DNA of 64,000 nucleotides from Dehalococcoidia bacterium (GTDB lineage Bacteria > Chloroflexota > Dehalococcoidia > Plut-88900): NCBI GenBank assembly GCA_965197585.1, contig OZ240215.1, forward strand, positions 256,001-320,000, given 5' to 3'. Both the position numbers and the translations under genes were made by a program. Under the pieces are notes generated by a model that worked only from the letters and a program-made list of their open reading frames with translations, was not told where the DNA came from and did not search any database. The stretch's first letter is position 1. Every line of letters starts with the position of its first letter. Of this stretch, positions 41,737-51,220 are shown piece by piece.

Positions 41737-42978
41737 ATGGGCAAGTCTTTTCCAAAAACGGGCTCCAACTGGGACGAGCTAAAAGACCAACTCACCGAGG
41801 CGCGACAAGGAGATATAAACTGGCGCACCGGTAAAATCTCAGGTCTGCTCTATTACGCCGGCGACGATGTTATACAGGTCGCCCACGACGCGTACGCTAT
41901 GTTCTTCAACGAGAACGCAGTCTATCCAAAGGTCTACCCGAGCCTCGCCAAAATGGAGGAAGAGGTTATAGACCTGAGCCTCGGGCTGCTTCACGGCGGA
42001 GAGAACGCTGCCGGCAGCATGACGACGGGAGGCACCGAAAGCATCTTCCTCGCCATAAAGTCCGCCCGAGACTGGGCCCGAGCCAATAGACCTATCGATG
42101 GCGCTCCTGAGATATTGACCTCGCGCACGGCGCATCCTGCGTTTGACCGCGCCGCCGAGCTCCTGGACATGAAAGTCGTAAGGGTAAACCCGGGCCCCGA
42201 CTTCCGCGCTGACGTCGACGCCATGTCCGACGCCATCACCGATAACACCATCATGATGGTCGGCTCAGCCCCGGAGTACCCGCATGGGGTTGTCGACCCC
42301 ATCGGCGACTTGGGAGAACTCGCCCAGTCCAGAGACCTCTGGCTCCACGTGGACTGTTGCATAGGCGGATTTATCGCGCCCTTTGTCAGGAAGCTGGGCT
42401 ATCCCATCCCCGACTTCGATTTCGCCATCCCCGGCGTCAGGTCCATCTCCGCGGATATACACAAGAACGGCTATGCGGCAAAGGGTGCATCCACGGTCCT
42501 CTACAGTGACGCCCAGTACCTGGAATACCAGGGATTCGTCTTCGACCAATGGTCTAAAGGCCTCTACTCGACCCAAACATTCGTCGGCAGCCGACCCGGT
42601 GGGGCCATAGCCTCCGCATGGGCGGTAATGAACTATCTGGGCGAAGAGGGGTATATGCGGATTGCGCAGGAAGTCATCCACATCAGGGAAGCGTTAATGG
42701 ACGGCGTTAATCGCATTGATGGCCTGGAGACATACGGAGACCCGCAGCTGACCATTTTCACCTACGGTTCCAGTGAATTCGATATTTTCGCCGTCGCAGA
42801 CGGCATGTCCGACTCAGGCTGGTACACGAGCCGCATCCAGGAACCCAACGCCATACACATGATGCTGTCCCTAATCCAGAAGCCGGTTGTCGAAGAATAC
42901 ATCAGCGATCTCTCTTACATTGTTAACAAGGTCAAAGAAGGCAAAATCGTGGCGGCTGACACGAAAGTAGCCTACTAG
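41737..42978 (+). CDS. PLP-dependent group II decarboxylase / sphingosine-1-phosphate lyase-like
   Basis: TTGGTESI, LHVDCCIGGF, SADIHKNG, GSRPGG. Confidence 0.88.
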   Translation: MGKSFPKTGSNWDELKDQLTEARQGDINWRTGKISGLLYYAGDDVIQVAHDAYAMFFNENAVYPKVYPSLAKMEEEVIDLSLGLLHGGENAAGSMTTGGTESIFLAIKSARDWARANRPIDGAPEILTSRTAHPAFDRAAELLDMKVVRVNPGPDFRADVDAMSDAITDNTIMMVGSAPEYPHGVVDPIGDLGELAQSRDLWLHVDCCIGGFIAPFVRKLGYPIPDFDFAIPGVRSISADIHKNGYAAKGASTVLYSDAQYLEYQGFVFDQWSKGLYSTQTFVGSRPGGAIASAWAVMNYLGEEGYMRIAQEVIHIREALMDGVNRIDGLETYGDPQLTIFTYGSSEFDIFAVADGMSDSGWYTSRIQEPNAIHMMLSLIQKPVVEEYISDLSYIVNKVKEGKIVAADTKVAY

Positions 42979-43364
42979 CGCCATCGCCCGTAGATAGGTC
43001 TGGTGCAGAAAAAGTGCCTGAAGCCTAAGCCCTAGCCTAGCTGCACGGCCCTCCGACCCAAATCCCGGCTGCGTACTGAGTTACTTTAGGAAGTCGGGGC
43101 CTGTTTATGGGCCCGCTTTCTCGCTGCCTCTGATACGTTCGCGAAGCGGGCCGGGCCGCCGACACTGCCCGCAAGCATCTCAGCTGCCATCCTCTCTCAG
43201 TTGTTCTTGCCCACTCAAGAGCAGACCAAAATTAACCCCTCACCCGGTCACGAGGTGATGCGTCTCCACTACGCAATGTCTAGCCGCGCGCCCTTATGCC
43301 AAACCAGACATGAGTGCAGGGTAGTCTCGGAAAGGTTGGGCTAGCTTCAATAGGAAGGGGTTCT

Positions 43365-43600
43365 GGTAGACCAAGCGGTACTGTAGACAGAACTTTTCAG
43401 TGGGTAGTGCCACTTTAGGAAGTGCAGTCGTAAAGGGCGAGGAAATTTTCACGGTTCAAATCCGGCTAGGTGACCCCGACCGTATAAAAGGCAGAACCTT
43501 TACGATGAATTTTGGATTGGCACTTTGAGGAACAGTGCCAGTAGGTCGCTGCTTGGTTCGAGTCCAGTTAGGTGGGCCTGGCTTGACGGTAGACAGAACT
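43365..43600. repeat. Three tandem att-like sites, GGT-N3-CC-N12-AGRCAGAAC
   Basis: Starts at 43365, 43469, 43571 (spacing 104/102); two are preceded by GGTTCRARTCC. Confidence 0.75.
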
Positions 43601-45156
43601 CCGCCGTTCAGGGCCATGTCCTCGGTTCTCTTCCCCGGTATGGGGCTGTCGTCCGGCATGGGCACCGTATACCGGACGACAGCCTTGCCGGGCATGACGA
43701 CGATCTCCTTGACGAAGGTCTCGATGAAGGCCCTGCGCTCGGTCAGCTCGCTGTCCTTCAGGAACTCGCTCATGTCCTGGGCGTAGGTAGTGATGGTCTC
43801 CACGTCGTCCAGGACCTCCCTGCGCTGGGAGAGAATCGCCCTTGCCTCTTCCGCCGAAGCCTCAAGACGCCGCTGCCGCTCCCGGTGCTCTTTGATGCGG
43901 TCTGAGGCGTCGGCCATGTCGGTGTCGGTGGTCTCCACCAAGTGCCAGATGCGGCCCAGCTTGCGCTTCACGTCCTCAAGCTCATCCTCGATGGTCTCCA
44001 GCCGCTTGCGCTGCTCGGCGGCAACGCCGTCCATCCGTTCGTCCACCACCTTTACCAGGGCGCGGATGTTGCCGTCGGTGAGGATGTTGGAGCGAATGTT
44101 GCCGACGATCATCTCCTCGAATCGCCGGGCGTTGATCCTCGGCGAATCGCAGGCTTCCTTGCCGCGCTTCATGATGGACTGGCAGACGTAGTAGGAGAAC
44201 TGGCCGCTCTTGGCCTCCTGCCCGCTGAACGCCCGGTCGCACTCCTTGCACTTGACCAGACCGCTGAGCAGGTAGGTGCTCCCGACGCGGCGGGGGTGAG
44301 TCCTCTTGGGCGCCCTTGAGCGCATCAGCCGTTTCACGCGGCGGAATTGGGCCTTGGAGACGATGCTGGGGAACGCCTTCTCGACGCGCACCGGGTCGGC
44401 CTTGTCCTTGGCGTTCGTGCCCCAGACCAGAGCGCCTGTGTAGGCTTCGTTTCTGAGTAGGAGATGGACGCCGTTCTTGGACCAGAGCTTTCCTGCGGGG
44501 CTGGCGATGCCCTCGTCGTTGAGGGCGCGGGCGATGTCCAGCATCCCCCTACCGGCCTCGGCCATGTCAAAGGCGCTCTTGACGACACGGGCCGCATCCT
44601 CGTCGGGTTCCAGGGTGGGGCGCTTCTTGGGTCCGTCCTGGACGTAGACCTTGCGGAAGCCGTAGGGCACCCTGCTGGCGACCCAGAAGCCGCGAGACGC
44701 CGCCTCGCGCATCCCCCGCGTGACCTCCTGGGCCAAATTTTCGCTGTAGAATTCGTCCACGCTCTCGATGATGCCCTCAAGCAACCTGCCGGTGGCGGTG
44801 TCCTCGGCTTGCTCGGTTATGGAGACGACGCGGACGCCCTTGCGCCTGAGCATGGACTTGAAGGCGACGGCGTGCTCTCGCTTGCGTGTGAACCGGCTGA
44901 ATTTCCAGACCAAAATCTCCTGAAAGGGAGCATTGGGCTTGGCGGCCTCGTCGATCATCTTGCGGAACTCGGGGCGGTCGGCGATGCGCCCGCTCTCGGC
45001 CTCGTCCACGTACTCGCGGGCGACGATGTAGCCGTTCTTCTCGGCGTAGTCCCTCAGCGCCCTGAGCTGGGCGGAGACGGAGAGGTCCACGTCCTGGCGG
45101 TCGCTGGACACCCTGGCGTAGAGCGCTGCGGGGGTGTAGTCGGTCTTATCATTCAT
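43456..45156 (-). CDS. Large serine recombinase (resolvase + recombinase + Zn-ribbon/coiled coil)
   Basis: YARVSS, SRFTR, YLLSGLVKCKEC, YYVC; SD AAGGAGG; 3' end reads through att-like sites. Confidence 0.95.
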   Translation of the reverse strand: MNDKTDYTPAALYARVSSDRQDVDLSVSAQLRALRDYAEKNGYIVAREYVDEAESGRIADRPEFRKMIDEAAKPNAPFQEILVWKFSRFTRKREHAVAFKSMLRRKGVRVVSITEQAEDTATGRLLEGIIESVDEFYSENLAQEVTRGMREAASRGFWVASRVPYGFRKVYVQDGPKKRPTLEPDEDAARVVKSAFDMAEAGRGMLDIARALNDEGIASPAGKLWSKNGVHLLLRNEAYTGALVWGTNAKDKADPVRVEKAFPSIVSKAQFRRVKRLMRSRAPKRTHPRRVGSTYLLSGLVKCKECDRAFSGQEAKSGQFSYYVCQSIMKRGKEACDSPRINARRFEEMIVGNIRSNILTDGNIRALVKVVDERMDGVAAEQRKRLETIEDELEDVKRKLGRIWHLVETTDTDMADASDRIKEHRERQRRLEASAEEARAILSQRREVLDDVETITTYAQDMSEFLKDSELTERRAFIETFVKEIVVMPGKAVVRYTVPMPDDSPIPGKRTEDMALNGGVLSTVKPGPPNWTRTKQRPTGTVPQSANPKFIVKVLPFIRSGSPSRI

Positions 45157-45173
45157 GGGTGCGTCCTCCTTGC

Positions 45174-45371
45174 TCATTCCTGGTCGTTCCTGCGGGCCTC
45201 GGCCCGTTGGCGGCGCTCCTGCCGCAGCCACTCCCGCTCCTCCATGTACAGCCGGATGGCCTCGCGGAGGAACTCGCTCATGGTGCGGTCATCCTCCTTG
45301 AGCATCTGCTGCACCTGCTCCGCCAACTCCGGGGGCATGGAGAAGCTGATGACCTTCGTGGTCCTGGGCAT
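45174..45371 (-). CDS. CopG/ribbon-helix-helix regulator
   Basis: KVISFSMPPEL...RTMSEFLREAIRLY. Confidence 0.85.
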   Translation of the reverse strand: MPRTTKVISFSMPPELAEQVQQMLKEDDRTMSEFLREAIRLYMEEREWLRQERRQRAEARRNDQE

Positions 45372-45410
45372 ATTTTTTACCCTTTGCAGTAATACCTAGT
45401 CATACTCTTA

Positions 45411-45439
45411 TCATGAACGAACCGGGCCGCCGTTGTCAA
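45411..45439 (-). promoter_or_regulatory. Probable sigma70 promoter for the RHH-recombinase operon
   Basis: TTGACA followed ~18 nt later by CATGAT on the minus strand. Confidence 0.4.
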
Positions 45440-45597
45440 GGGGGGACAGCATGAAGAACGGGGGCAGCTCGGGCGGGAGCTTGGGAGCAGCCTCGGTCGT
45501 TCCGCCAGGTTCCGTGGGGAGTCCGCCCTCCGGCGTCTCCCCTCCGCGTTTCGTGATTCGTTCAAGCAGCTTCTTCAATTCGCTCGTTTCCTTTTCT

Positions 45598-45915
45598 CTA
45601 GGGGGTTGGGAAGTCCACGAGGCCGCTGCTGAGCAGCGCGGCCACGCCCTTGGCCGACAGGGCCAGAACCAGCCCGACCACCGCCATGACGACGGCGGTC
45701 TTGGCCTTGCCCCCGCCCCGCTCCTCGCCCCCCTCGGCCATCAGGATGAAGCCGGCCCAGACGATGGCGAAGAGGCAGAGGCCGGCGGCGGCGTAGACCA
45801 TCGCCGTGAGCACGCGGTCGAACTGGCGGAGCATCTCCTGCTCCTCCGGCGGGGCCGCGCCGGTGGTCGCCAGCGCAGCCCCGGCCAGAATCGTCATTGC
45901 CAATACCCGCCTCAC
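45598..45915 (-). CDS. TrbC/VirB2-like pilin
   Basis: Two TM helices around GGGKAK; GTGA coupling with the upstream gene. Confidence 0.65.
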   Translation of the reverse strand: MRRVLAMTILAGAALATTGAAPPEEQEMLRQFDRVLTAMVYAAAGLCLFAIVWAGFILMAEGGEERGGGKAKTAVVMAVVGLVLALSAKGVAALLSSGLVDFPTP

Positions 45916-47642
45916 CAGGGCCACTCCCATCCCAGCAGGTCGAACCACTGGCGCAGGCCGTCTGCGGGCTCCTGCTCGGCAGGCGGGTCCTCCGGCTCCG
46001 GCTGGGGCAGGACCAGCGCCTCGAAGGGGTCGTCGCTGCCGACGCCGGACGACGCAAGGGCGAGGGACTCGTCCCTGCTCCCCGTGACGGCCGCCCGCTC
46101 CACCACCTCGGCCTTCACGTGCTCGGGGTGGACGATGGTGAGCGTGACCTGCTTGTCGATCGTCCTGGCCGGCACGTATGCGTAGGCGTAGGCGGAGACG
46201 GTGTGTTCCGTCGTGGTGCCGTCGTCGTGGGTGACGGTGATGGTGTCGCTGTCGCTGTCGGAGTCGCTGGCCCCCGGGCGGTACAGGCTCACCGTCTCGG
46301 TGCGCTCCTCCGTCCGCTCCGGGTGGTGGGTGAGCACGGTCAACGGGGGGATGGGTATGCTGAGGCTCGCCTCCAGGCTCACGTCCACGCTCACGGCGTG
46401 AATCGCCTGACCATTCCCGATGGGCAGCCGGAAGCGGGTCTCGCCGTCGGGGATGAAGGCGACGCTTGTGCTCGACGCTCCCGTCGAGGCGGTGACGGTT
46501 CCAGTGACCGCCGTCACCTGGGCGTCCATCAGGGACGTCTGGGTGACGCTCTCGTGCCCGGCCACCGTCTGGAGCTCGACCGGGTGCTCGATGGACGTGA
46601 CGCACTCGGCCGTGATGACGCCGCTGACTGCTCCCGGCGTCCAGCCCAGGGACGAGAGCCTGACGTCGCAAAGCTCCCCGTCGATTTCAGGGAGCGGGTA
46701 CGGGATCTGGTCATGCTCGACGGTCAGCGCCCCGGCCTGGCCGAGGGTGTCCTCCCAGGACACCGTGAAGGACGGCGCGGGTCCGTGCAGGGGGAGGGAG
46801 TAGTCGATGCGCTCCCCCTCGGCGAGCGTTGCCGAGCCCCAGAAGCGCAGCCACGTTCCCTGCGGCCCGCCGAATGCCCGCACCCGGATGTCCAGGGCGG
46901 TGGCGGCCCGAAGGGTGACGGCGGCACGGTCGCCGGAGACGGTGAGCCCCTCGACGAATATCCGGCGTCCCTCCACAGGCTCGGTCAACTCGAAGTCGAT
47001 CTCGTCCCGCCAGGGCTCGTGGTCGTCGGCCAGGGCAGACTCCGGGACGGCCACGACCGCCGCCATGAGGACGGCCAGGGCCACGACCGGAATCCAGCCC
47101 ATGCGGGGCTTCCTGCGTCTGCTCTGCAAGGTCTCGGCTTTATGCCCTTGTCCGCGCCCGTTCCCGGCGTCCTTGTTCCTGCGCTTGCCGAACCAGCGCA
47201 TCCGCCCGTTGCGGCGCTCCTTGTTCTTGCGGGTCTTCCTGTTCTTGCGCAGCCTCGCCAGGGCGCGTCCGGCGCGTTTCGCCATCAGGCTCAGCGGGCA
47301 GGGGCCGCTCCTGACCGGCTGCGGGGGCGCGGGCGGCTCGCTCCTCACCAGCTGGGAGACCGGCCCTGCGTAGAGCCGCGCCCCCAGCCGGTACTTCAGC
47401 AGGTCGGCGGCCACCAACGGCAGCCGCCGACCGCCAATCTTCCCGACGACCATGACGATGCCGACCAGTCCGAAGAGGACGGCCAGGGCCATCCGCACCT
47501 CGGACGGGCCGACCGGGGCGTAGCGGTATGCGCCGTAGGACAGGGCGCACACCGCCGTCACCGCCACGACCTGCGGGAAGGTGAATCCCAGCAGCACCCG
47601 GTCCTCGGCCTGAACGTGAGTCGGTACCTCGTGTTCTCTCAT
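45912..47642 (-). CDS. PrgI-family protein fused to a large extracytoplasmic domain
   Basis: HEVPTHVQAEDRVLLGFTFPQ N-terminus, TMs, basic linker, beta-rich acidic C-terminus. Confidence 0.7.
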   Translation of the reverse strand: MREHEVPTHVQAEDRVLLGFTFPQVVAVTAVCALSYGAYRYAPVGPSEVRMALAVLFGLVGIVMVVGKIGGRRLPLVAADLLKYRLGARLYAGPVSQLVRSEPPAPPQPVRSGPCPLSLMAKRAGRALARLRKNRKTRKNKERRNGRMRWFGKRRNKDAGNGRGQGHKAETLQSRRRKPRMGWIPVVALAVLMAAVVAVPESALADDHEPWRDEIDFELTEPVEGRRIFVEGLTVSGDRAAVTLRAATALDIRVRAFGGPQGTWLRFWGSATLAEGERIDYSLPLHGPAPSFTVSWEDTLGQAGALTVEHDQIPYPLPEIDGELCDVRLSSLGWTPGAVSGVITAECVTSIEHPVELQTVAGHESVTQTSLMDAQVTAVTGTVTASTGASSTSVAFIPDGETRFRLPIGNGQAIHAVSVDVSLEASLSIPIPPLTVLTHHPERTEERTETVSLYRPGASDSDSDSDTITVTHDDGTTTEHTVSAYAYAYVPARTIDKQVTLTIVHPEHVKAEVVERAAVTGSRDESLALASSGVGSDDPFEALVLPQPEPEDPPAEQEPADGLRQWFDLLGWEWPW

Positions 47643-47671
47643 GTCTTTCTTTCCTCCCTTCTCACGCCGGC

Positions 47672-47980
47672 CTAGCCGGTGGGGGTGCTGCTGGTGCCGC
47701 CGCCGGGGGCTTCCGGCTCGGGCAGCACGTCGTCGATGTCGATTCCGGGGTCCACCACGGCGTTCATCACCAGCTCCACGACGCCGTAGGCGACCAGGGC
47801 CAGGACGATGCCCGCCAGGGCGGTCATCATTGCGCTCTTGCCGCGCTCCATCTGGTGGGGCGCTCCGCTGGCCGTCAGGTACAAGTACGCGCCGTAGATG
47901 AAGAATCCGACGCCCACCGCGCCGACGATCCCCAGCAGGATGCCCACCAGGTTCGATATGGTCTGTGTAAGGTCTTCCAT
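47672..47980 (-). CDS. TrbC/VirB2-like pilin
   Basis: GAYLYLTASGAPHQMERGKSAM..ALAG; SD GAGGAG. Confidence 0.8.
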   Translation of the reverse strand: MEDLTQTISNLVGILLGIVGAVGVGFFIYGAYLYLTASGAPHQMERGKSAMMTALAGIVLALVAYGVVELVMNAVVDPGIDIDDVLPEPEAPGGGTSSTPTG

Positions 47981-48129
47981 TCCTTGCTCCTCTCTGTTAT
48001 CGAGCGTTCCGCTCGTCTCTATCGGTCGAAGTCCGTAAGCTCCGTTAGCTGCACATCTCTCCGCCTCCGTCGTGGTATTGGTCGGCGCTCTGTCGTCCGC
48101 GCCTGTGTGATTTCGTTGTCTCGGTCGGG

Positions 48130-49104
48130 CTACTCCCCGCTGCTCCTGGGCGCTCCGCCGCCGTCTCCCCCTGCCGATGGGGTCGCCATCGAGGCCGCCG
48201 AGCTCAGGCCGCTGGCTGCCGCCGACACCCCCGCGCTGGCCGCAATCGCTCCGACGGCCATGCCGCCCGGCCCTCCCGCCGCCCCGCTCATAAGCCCGAT
48301 GGTCCGGGCCGAGCGCATCAGCGACGACGGCAGGTTCATGCCGAAATAGAGCATCGAGAGCCAGGAGTCGAAGGTCCCGGCGTTGCCCATCATTGAGGGC
48401 ACCCGGGTCGCCATGTAGACGAAGGCCAACGACATGAGCAGCTTCCAGATCAGGTCCTGCACCGGCTCGAAGGCGGCGACCGACGCGAACTCGTTGAGGA
48501 AGCCGATTCCCAGGGCCAGGGCGATGAGCTGCACCGCCTGCTGGAACACCGTCGTCATGAACAGCCGCAGCCAGTGCCGTCCCCAGCCCGCCGTGTGGGG
48601 CAATATCCACAGCCCCAGCGCAATCGGGGCCAGGGCCAGCAGGATGTCTATGAGGGCCAGGCGCAGCACCATCTGCACGATCACGTAGAGGACGAAGAAG
48701 CCGTAGACCAGGTAGAGCAGGGCCAGGAGTTGCGCCATGCCCACGCTCCCGGCCTGGACGGCTCTGAGGAACGTGTCGAGGGGAGCCCTGAGCAGGTCTC
48801 CGGGGGTGACGCCCAGGGAGACGGCTATGAAGCCGGACACGGCGTCGGCCACGTCGAGGACCAGGGCGCACCACCACAGGGAAGACGCGGCGGCCACGAG
48901 GCCGAGCACGAGGCGGGGCACCATCTCCCGCCAGCCCGTCTGCTGGCGTCCAAGGTGCTCGCTCACGATGAAGCTCAGGCCCATCCAGCCGAGGATGACC
49001 ACCAGGGCGCCGGTTGTTATGGCCCAGACGACCATCCACGCCTGGCGGACCAGCTCGTGGGCGTAGGTGAGGTCGGGAGGGGTGCCGGTGAGGATGTCGC
49101 TCAT
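48130..49104 (-). CDS. VirB6/TrbL-like membrane protein
   Basis: Multi-TM, LALAPIAL..W..PHT..W, Gly/Ala/Ser-rich tail. Confidence 0.8.
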   Translation of the reverse strand: MSDILTGTPPDLTYAHELVRQAWMVVWAITTGALVVILGWMGLSFIVSEHLGRQQTGWREMVPRLVLGLVAAASSLWWCALVLDVADAVSGFIAVSLGVTPGDLLRAPLDTFLRAVQAGSVGMAQLLALLYLVYGFFVLYVIVQMVLRLALIDILLALAPIALGLWILPHTAGWGRHWLRLFMTTVFQQAVQLIALALGIGFLNEFASVAAFEPVQDLIWKLLMSLAFVYMATRVPSMMGNAGTFDSWLSMLYFGMNLPSSLMRSARTIGLMSGAAGGPGGMAVGAIAASAGVSAAASGLSSAASMATPSAGGDGGGAPRSSGE

Positions 49105-49107
49105 CGG

Positions 49108-49722
49108 CTACCCGCCCCCGCAGTTGTCGGCGTCCTCGCCGGACGCTCTTTCAACGACGCCGCAGAGGGTGCCGTGGACTCCCTCGACCACCCAGCCGGC
49201 GAAGGCCCTCGCCCAGCGCGCCGGGTTGAGGGCGGAGAGGATCTTGTCCCAGATGCGGCCCGGCTCGTGGAAGGGAATGACGCTGTAGAACTCGCCCCGC
49301 TTGCCGTCCTCGGCGACGGCCAGCATCACCAACAGGTACGCCCTGTCGCGGTCGAGGTCGGGCTGCTCGTCCAGGTCGGGGTACTCCCACGAGTACTCCC
49401 AGCCGTCGCTGCGCTCCTTCTCGCCCCCCTTGACCCGGTACATGGCGCTTATCCAGTCGCCGGTGTCGGCGTCGCGGACGGCGTAGAAGAGGTCCGCGAT
49501 CTCGCGGTCGAAGACGGGCCGGGCGACGAACTCGCCGCCCTTCTTGCGCTCGACGAACTCCCGGTCGGCGTTGACGAGGGTTATCTCGTCGCCGGGCGGG
49601 GTCTGGGCCAGGGCGATGTTGCTTGCGGGGATCGCCAGGAGCGCCGCCAATAGCAGCGCGGATGCCAGGGGAATAAACCGACTGAAAGACCGGAGTTTCG
49701 ATTTCAGCGCCAAGATGTTCAC
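49108..49722 (-). CDS. Exported hypothetical protein, first gene of the tra operon
   Basis: SD GGGAGG, GTG start, signal peptide ALA|Q. Confidence 0.75.
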   Translation of the reverse strand: MNILALKSKLRSFSRFIPLASALLLAALLAIPASNIALAQTPPGDEITLVNADREFVERKKGGEFVARPVFDREIADLFYAVRDADTGDWISAMYRVKGGEKERSDGWEYSWEYPDLDEQPDLDRDRAYLLVMLAVAEDGKRGEFYSVIPFHEPGRIWDKILSALNPARWARAFAGWVVEGVHGTLCGVVERASGEDADNCGGG

Positions 49723-50159
49723 CTCCCTGCCTATTGCCGCGAATCAGCGATTCGCCGCTGTCCCGAAAGAGTGTGGACAACCGGGACGCCCTGCATAACT
49801 ACTTGAAGGGGTACTCATATGAGCGCCCCTATAGGCCCTTGGTTTGGACACCCCTTCCGTGATGTCATTGGGGTGTACAGAGAAAGGACTTTGGCGACAA
49901 TTTGTCGTGGGTCGTGGTTTCGTAGCTAAAACAGGGGGAAATCCCCCCCTACAGGACGTAAAAAGTGAACACTTTGTCGTAAGGGCACGTTCCGCCCGCA
50001 GGGTGCAAAACGGGCCATAGTGGTGAACAAATCGCAGCCAGGAAAATCGGCGAAATCGAGCAAAACCACCCACACTGGTTGACAAGACGCAGCCCGTGGA
50101 AATTGGGGCCGGCGTCTGGGGCCGGGCCGGGGTCGAAAGTCTGGAATGGAGGCGTGTCG

Positions 50160-50993
50160 ATGGAAGCGAGGAAGCCGGTCTTCGGCAAGAGCAACAGCGT
50201 GGAGGACATGCAGCACGTGCGGCTCATGGCGCTGCTGCAAGAGCTGGAACGGGAGCACGGGCGCAAGGGAGCGGCGGCGGTCCTGGGGCTCGACCACCGG
50301 ACGCTGGGCGCCAGCCTGGACGAGGGCGTGCTGTCCCGGCGGGTCCGGGGCGCGTTGGAGCGGGCGTTGCAGGAGGGCATCGGCTCCGCCGCCGACCGGC
50401 AGCGGGAGCGCAACGACGGTCTGGAGAAGCGGTTGGAGGAGCTGGAGGGCGTCGTCGAGGCGCAGGGGAAGGAGATGCGGGTGGGACGCAGGGCGTTGGA
50501 GGACGCAATGCGGGCCGGGCGGGAGGAGCAGGCCAGGGCGCTCAGGGAGTTGGAGACAAGGCTGGCGCAGCCCCAGGCCGACGGGTCAGCCCGGGGAGAA
50601 GCGGCGACGCCCAGGCCCGGCCAGCCCAGGGGGAGGGTCACGCTCAGGCGGGAGTTCCCCGATCTCGTGACCCGCGAGCCCGCCGAGGACGACGAGGAGG
50701 TGTTCGCCGACGCCTGGGCGCTGATCGTCGAGTGGCGGGAGCTGAAGGCCGCGCACCCCAGCCGGGGCAGGGGTCCGTCGTGGCTTGCGACCCAGGAGCG
50801 GCTGCTGACGGTGGAGCTGACGCTGCTGGAAGAGCACGGGATGACGCTGCCCCCGGAGACGTACCCGCTGCGGGGCTTCGCACGGGACGGGCAGACCGGC
50901 TGGCGAAGGACCGCGCTCTACGACACGCGTAGAGCGCGGGCAAGGTGGGAGCTTCTCCGGCGCGTGCTCACCCTGTGGCTCTGGCGGAAGTAG
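50160..50993 (+). CDS. Hypothetical protein (HTH-like N-terminus, coiled coil)
   Basis: SD GGAGG; GRKGAAAVLGLDHRTL; heptad-rich middle. Confidence 0.7.
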   Translation: MEARKPVFGKSNSVEDMQHVRLMALLQELEREHGRKGAAAVLGLDHRTLGASLDEGVLSRRVRGALERALQEGIGSAADRQRERNDGLEKRLEELEGVVEAQGKEMRVGRRALEDAMRAGREEQARALRELETRLAQPQADGSARGEAATPRPGQPRGRVTLRREFPDLVTREPAEDDEEVFADAWALIVEWRELKAAHPSRGRGPSWLATQERLLTVELTLLEEHGMTLPPETYPLRGFARDGQTGWRRTALYDTRRARARWELLRRVLTLWLWRK

Positions 50994-51220
50994 CAGGCTC
51001 CGAGTGCGGGGAGTCGCGGTCAACTTTTGTGAACACTTTGGCCGCAATCTGCGGAAGGGGGCCTGCAGGCCCTCTCATCGCGGTGGCGGGCCGGGTGATA
51101 ATGACTGCGCTGTTTGGCTTTCTCCAAGGTTTCCGACCATAGAAACCTGGGTGCGTGGTCCCTGTTGCACGGGCATGACCGGAGGATGATTCGCTCTCCC
51201 CCGGTCGCCCACGAGGGAAT

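Noticed and set aside
42980-43340. ncRNA between the PLP enzyme and the att sites
   Set aside because: A few hairpins but no recognisable family or consistent strand signal.
43400-43580. tRNA genes suggested by two GGTTCRARTCC motifs
   Set aside because: No acceptor stem, D arm or CCA can be built; treated as att arms.
7898-49110. Genome-wide TAG recoding suggested by two in-frame ambers
   Set aside because: Many conserved genes (nuoD, nuoM, nuoK, greA) end normally at TAG, some coupled to the next start.
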